Below, one piece after another: positions 49,563-53,994 of a stretch of DNA of 53,994 nt. A program made the position numbers and the translations under genes. Position 1 is the first letter of the stretch. Each line of letters opens with the position of its first letter. The DNA is from an uncultured Gemmatimonadaceae bacterium. GTDB taxonomy: Bacteria; Gemmatimonadota; Gemmatimonadetes; Gemmatimonadales; Gemmatimonadaceae. The notes below the pieces were generated by a model. It ran no database searches and was not told where the DNA came from. It worked only from the letters and a program-made list of their open reading frames with translations. Where the stretch lies: the NCBI GenBank assembly GCA_963822945.1, contig CAWGJO010000038.1:1-53994 (forward strand), given 5' to 3'.

Positions 49563-51133
49563 CGGAGCCGCCGCCCGCGTCCGATTCCGCGCGGTGGCGT
49601 CCGCCGGCCCGGTTGGCCGGGTGGGCGGCGCCCGTCGTCGTCCTCGCCCTCGCCGCCCGGGCCATGAATCCGTATCCCGTGGGCGCGCTCTACGACGACG
49701 CGGTGTACGTGGAGCTCGGCAAGGCGCTGGCCAGTGGGGCCGGGCTGCACTACCTGCACCTGCCGGGCACGCCGGCGGCCACGCACTTCCCGCCCGGTTA
49801 TCCGCTGCTGCTGGCCGCGCTGTGGCGCCTCTGGCCGGCCTTTCCGGCCAACGTGTTCCTGTTCAAGCTGGTCAACGCGCTGTTGCTAGCGGTCGCCGCC
49901 GCATGGATGGCCCGCATGGCGCGCGACCGCTTCGGGTGCGCGCCGTGGAAGGCCGCGGCGGTGGCGGTGGTGCTCTCGATCGGTGTGCCGTCGCTCGTGT
50001 TGAGCGACGTCGTGATGTCGGAACCGCTCTTTCTCGCCCTCGCGCTGCCGGCGCTGCTGCTCGCGGAGCGTGCGGTGGAGGCGGATGCGGGGCTGGCCCG
50101 TGCGCTGCTCGCCGGGGTGCTCGCCGGCATCGCCACGCTCGTGCGCACGCAGGGCGTGGCGCTCGTGGGCGCGCTCGTACTGGTGCAACTGCTGCGCCGC
50201 CGGTATCGCGCGGCCGCCGTCAGTGCGGGGGCGGCGATCGTGGTCGTCGCGCCGTGGACCTGGTGGGTCCACGCCCACGCCGGCGTGCTCCCCGCTCCCG
50301 CCCGCGGGATCTACGGACCCTATCTCACGTGGTACGTCGATGCCCTGCGCGCCGGCGGGGTTCCCTTCGTGGCGGGCGTACTTGGCGGAACACTACGCGC
50401 GAGCACGACCATGCTCCAGATCATGCTCTCGGTCGTGCCGGCGCACGCTGCCGGAATCGTCGGCCTCGTGCTGATGTGTCCGCTCGCCGCGCTCGGCGCA
50501 TGGCGCGCCCGTTCGGCGACACCGGTGACGCTGATCTTCGTCGCGCTCTTCGTGGCCATCACCCTGCTGTGGCCGTATTCACCGGCGCGGTTCCTGTTCG
50601 CCGTCTGGCCGCTGCTCGTGGCGCTGCCGGCGGCCGGGCTGGTCGCCCTCTGGCGATGGGAATTGCCGTTCCCCGCACCACGCCGGTTGCGCATCGCGCT
50701 GCTCGCGCTCGCCTTCGTGCCGGTGGCCGGATACGCCGTGTACAACGTGCGGGGCTACCACGGCCAGTGGTGGGAGTCGATTCCCCGTGAACGCGGGTTG
50801 CAGTTGCGCACGGTCATCCGGGCGGTCCGGCAGACCATGCCCGCCGACGCCGTGGTCTGCGGCACGGATGATGCCGCTATCTACCTGTACACCGGGCGCC
50901 AGGCAGTGCCGTTTGCACCGCTCCGGGCAACCGACTTCACCCATGTGCCGACCAAGGCCCAGGCCGCCCGGGATCTTCGCGCCATCCTCGCGGCCTATCA
51001 CCCGGATCGCATTGTGGTCACGAACAGAACGGAACTCGACGTGGCCGACGCGCTTGCCGATCAGCATCCGCCGCTGCTGGCATTGACCGACAGCTTCCCC
51101 GGCGGCTTCATCTACGCCCCGACGACACCATGA
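49559..51133 (+). CDS. GT-C fold membrane glycosyltransferase (ArnT/PMT-like)
   Basis: TTGA overlap with pilR; LYDDAVY acidic pair after TM1, FPPGYPLLLA, MSEPLF, many TM segments and a soluble C-terminal domain. Confidence 0.8.
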   Translation: MTEPPPASDSARWRPPARLAGWAAPVVVLALAARAMNPYPVGALYDDAVYVELGKALASGAGLHYLHLPGTPAATHFPPGYPLLLAALWRLWPAFPANVFLFKLVNALLLAVAAAWMARMARDRFGCAPWKAAAVAVVLSIGVPSLVLSDVVMSEPLFLALALPALLLAERAVEADAGLARALLAGVLAGIATLVRTQGVALVGALVLVQLLRRRYRAAAVSAGAAIVVVAPWTWWVHAHAGVLPAPARGIYGPYLTWYVDALRAGGVPFVAGVLGGTLRASTTMLQIMLSVVPAHAAGIVGLVLMCPLAALGAWRARSATPVTLIFVALFVAITLLWPYSPARFLFAVWPLLVALPAAGLVALWRWELPFPAPRRLRIALLALAFVPVAGYAVYNVRGYHGQWWESIPRERGLQLRTVIRAVRQTMPADAVVCGTDDAAIYLYTGRQAVPFAPLRATDFTHVPTKAQAARDLRAILAAYHPDRIVVTNRTELDVADALADQHPPLLALTDSFPGGFIYAPTTP

Positions 51134-51918
51134 CCATGCCCGACCTCAGCGGTTCCGCCAGCGTTCCGTCCACGGCCCCGACGCATGCCGCGTCACCACA
51201 GACTCCACGCACGCCGCTCGATTCGCATGCCTGGCGGCTGTCGGTGCTCATTCCCGTCTACAACGAACGGAACACCATCGATGCGGTGCTCGATCTCGTC
51301 CACGCGACGCCGATGCCCAAGGAGATCGTGTGCGTCGACGATTGCTCGACCGATGGGACCCGCGATCGCCTCCAGGAACTCCACGCCGCCGGCCGGATCC
51401 ATCGTTTGATTCTCCAGCCGAAGAACAGCGGCAAGGGCGCGGCCATCCGCGCGGCGCTCGCCGCCAGCACCGGCGAAGTGGTGCTCGTGCAGGACGCCGA
51501 CCTCGAATACACGCCCGCTGACTGGCCCGGGCTGTTGAAGCCGATCATCGACGGCCGCGCCGACGCGTGCTTCGGGTCCCGCTTCCTCGGCGGCCCGCAT
51601 CGCGTGCTCTACTACTGGCACTCGGTGGGCAACCGGGCGCTCACGACGTTCAGCAACATGCTCACCAACCTGAACCTCACCGACATGGAAACATGTTACA
51701 AAGCCATGCGGGGAGATCTGGCACGATCGTTGCGCCTGACCGCCAATCGATTCGGTTTCGAACCGGAAGTCACGGCCCGCCTGGCGCGGGCACGGGCCCG
51801 CATCTTCGAGGTCCCGATCAGCTATTCCGGCCGCACGTACGCCGAGGGCAAGAAGATCAACTGGAAGGATGGCGTGGCGGCATTCTGGCACATCGTCAAA
51901 TACAACCTGTTCGTATGA
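51130..51918 (+). CDS. GT2 glycosyltransferase, DPM1/polyprenol-phosphate sugar synthase-like
   Basis: LSVLIPVYNE, VDDCSTDGT, GKGAA, QDADLEY, TDMETCYK and FGFEPE. Confidence 0.92.
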   Translation: MTMPDLSGSASVPSTAPTHAASPQTPRTPLDSHAWRLSVLIPVYNERNTIDAVLDLVHATPMPKEIVCVDDCSTDGTRDRLQELHAAGRIHRLILQPKNSGKGAAIRAALAASTGEVVLVQDADLEYTPADWPGLLKPIIDGRADACFGSRFLGGPHRVLYYWHSVGNRALTTFSNMLTNLNLTDMETCYKAMRGDLARSLRLTANRFGFEPEVTARLARARARIFEVPISYSGRTYAEGKKINWKDGVAAFWHIVKYNLFV

Positions 51919-53650
51919 AACGCCGCACCTGGTGGCTCCTCGCCGGCAGCATCGCGCTGCTGGCCCTCGCTGCGTCGGCCACCGGACTCCCCAACCGGTA
52001 CGCGTACGACGACGTCTTCGTGATCCAGCGGGACGCGCGCGTGCACACGCTCGTCCACTGGTGGCACTTCTTCGCCGATTCATACTGGTCCAAGGGTTGG
52101 GGGGGGATGGCTACCGCCCGCTCACGATTCTCGGATTCGCCGTGCAGTGGGCCCTGGGGCACGGGGCGCCGCTCATCTTCCACGTGGTCAACGTGGTGCT
52201 CTACATGGCCGTCTGCGTGGCCGTGTTCTGGCTGTTGATGGGCGTGCTGCCCAGCGCGCCCGCCTGGATCGCCGCGGCGCTCTTCGCCGTGCACCCGCTG
52301 CACGTGGAGGCGGTGGCGAACGTGGTGGGCCAGTCCGAACTCACCGTCGCGCTGTTGCTCACCCTCGCCATGGGGCTGTACGTGTACGGGCGCCAGCTGG
52401 GCCCGCTCTCACTGGGTCGAAAGATCGCCATCGCGGCGATGTACGTCGCCGCGATGCTGTTCAAGGAGCATGGCATCGTGCTCGTGGCGCTCGTCGTCGT
52501 CGCCGAGATCACGGTGGTCCGCGATCCCCGTCCGCTCCGCGCGCGCCTGGTGGAAATGCGACCCTTCGTACTCGGCCTCACGGCGCTCGCCTTGTGCTTT
52601 CTGTGGGCGCGGGACACCGTGCTCAGCGGGCGCTTCACCGGCTTCCGGCCGTTCGTGCCCTTCCAGGGGCTGCACCTGTCCACGCCCGATCGGATTCTCA
52701 CCATGATCGGCGTGGCGCCCCAGTGGGGCCGACTCTTCGTGTGGCCGGCCCATCTCACCACCGAGTACTCGCCGCCGTGGATTCCGATTGCCCAGGGCCC
52801 CAGCTACACCCAGCTGCCGGGGCTGCTGCTCATGATCGGCGTCATCGGGTTGTTCTTCGCCACGCGGCGCAAGCTGCCCGCCGCGAGCTTCGGCCTGGGC
52901 TGGCTGATCGTCGCCATGTCCCCCGTGAGCAATCTCGTGCTGCCGGCGGGGTTCCTGATCGCCGAGCGCACGCTGTTCTTTCCCAGCGTCGGCGTGGTGA
53001 TCTTCGCGGGTGCGCTCATCCCGATCGCCTACGAGTGGCTCGCGCCGCGCCGTCTCCAGCTCGCCGGCGCGGCGGCCGTAGCGCTCCTGCTCGGCGCCGG
53101 AATCTGGCGGAGCGCGAAGCGGCAGATGCTCTGGCACGACGACGATACCCTGTTCAAGCAGGAAGTCATCGACACGCCCGACAGCTACCGGACCCACTTC
53201 ATGCTCGGCGCCTGGTATATGCAGAACAAGCGCATGCGTGACGGCGAGATCGAGTACAGCAAGGGCATGAAGCTCTTCCCGTACGACCCGTTCATGGCGT
53301 TCAGCTTCGGCGAAGACTACCGCCGCTGGGGCATCTGCAAGCCGGCGATCAACCTCTACCGGTGGGCCATCGGCCTCGATTCCAGCATCGTCGTCGCCTG
53401 GCCCCAGCTGGCCGACTGTCTGCTGATCGACAAACAATACGACGCGGCCAAGAAGGCGGCGGTGGCGGCGCTGCGCCACGGCAGCCCTGTCATCGACATG
53501 CACAACATCCTGGTGTGGGCCGATAGCGCGAAGGCTCAGTTGGCGGCCAGGGGCGCTGCTCCGGCGGGGTCTGGCAAAACGCCACAAACCGTGCAAAAGC
53601 CCGAACCGAAGGCGATGTCGGACACGGCTAAAGAAAGTACAAAGCGTTGA
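51915..53650 (+). CDS. TMTC/DUF1736-like protein O-glycosyltransferase with C-terminal TPRs, frameshifted at a G8 run (52099-52106)
   Basis: ATGA overlap; YAYDDVFVI in the first frame, then YRPLT, FHVVNVVL, LFAVHPLHVEAVANVVG, FKEHGI and IAERTLFFPS in the next. One extra G joins them as WGGDGYRP. Confidence 0.85.
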
Positions 53651-53681
53651 CGAGTAATCACATAGGGGACTTTGCGAGGCA

Positions 53682-53696
53682 TGGCATCTCCATTGC
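53682..53696 (+). promoter_or_regulatory. Sigma54 (-24/-12) promoter of the pilin gene
   Basis: TGGCATCTCCATTGC = GG-N10-GC with consensus TGGCA...TTGC, about 76 nt upstream of the pilin ATG and downstream of a sigma54 activator gene. Confidence 0.88.
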
Positions 53697-53772
53697 CATC
53701 AAGAATCCATTGAGATTCCGAAGATGGGATAACGCCTACGCTCGTCCACCAAGGTACAGGAGACCCCCACTC

Positions 53773-53994
53773 ATGCTGCAGAATCGCAAGGGCTTCACGC
53801 TCATCGAACTTCTGATTGTGGTCGTGATCATCGGCATTCTGGCCGCGATCGCGATTCCGAAGTTCGCCAACACGAAGGACAAGGCCTACATCACCGCCAT
53901 GAAGTCCGACCTGCGGAACATGGTGACTGCTGAGGAAGCGTTCTTCTCCGATTCTTCCCAGTACTCGACGGTCATGGACTCGGTCCATGTCAAC
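53773..53994 (+). CDS. pilA: Type IV major pilin, 5' part (runs off the right edge)
   Basis: Not in the ORF track; hand translation MLQNRKG|FTLIELLIVVVIIGILAAIAIPKFANTKDKAYITAMKSDLRNMVTAEEAFFSDSSQYSTVMDSVHVN; prepilin G|F..E5 motif and AGGAG RBS. Confidence 0.95.
   Translation, partial: MLQNRKGFTLIELLIVVVIIGILAAIAIPKFANTKDKAYITAMKSDLRNMVTAEEAFFSDSSQYSTVMDSVHVN

Noticed and set aside
1..53994. Mobile elements, prophage or dedicated anti-phage defence genes
   Set aside because: No transposase, integrase, phage structural, nuclease, reverse transcriptase or toxin-antitoxin signature was recognised, and no extended compositional island was seen by eye.

Overview
High-GC bacterial chromosomal DNA, densely coding. 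It is most likely from a Gemmatimonadota organism; this is inferred from the pilin N-terminus and the abundance of secreted, TonB and VPS10-type proteins, not from a marker gene. I see no rRNA, tRNA, CRISPR array, transposase, integrase or phage gene. Left to right the window holds: a partial DUF3857-type gene, a VPS10/BNR-repeat hydrolase, an aldo/keto reductase, tyrosine phenol-lyase flanked by two similar secreted helical proteins, a DUF2339 membrane protein, an M1 aminopeptidase, a REC-histidine kinase, a TPP-riboswitch-controlled TonB-dependent receptor, infA, a YncE/phosphoesterase fusion, a Rieske-FAD reductase, Sua5, an M28 peptidase-pnuC-NadR-like kinase operon, a MATE pump, CtpA, HslR, a TetR-TolC-EmrAB efflux operon with a clear operator, a cytochrome b + Tat molybdoenzyme pair followed by a Met-rich Spy-like protein, a metallopeptidase-PD40-Omp85 fusion, ArfB, a CBS/CorC protein, and a pilS-pilR-GT-C-GT2-TMTC-like-sigma54 promoter-type IV pilin locus. 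About eight single-base frameshifts interrupt otherwise intact genes, most simply read as consensus errors. The two strongest candidates for under-described systems are (i) a pilin glycosylation cassette using a TMTC-like O-glycosyltransferase and a polyprenol-phosphate sugar synthase, and (ii) a non-canonical MsrPQ-like pair next to a 10% Met periplasmic Spy-like protein.
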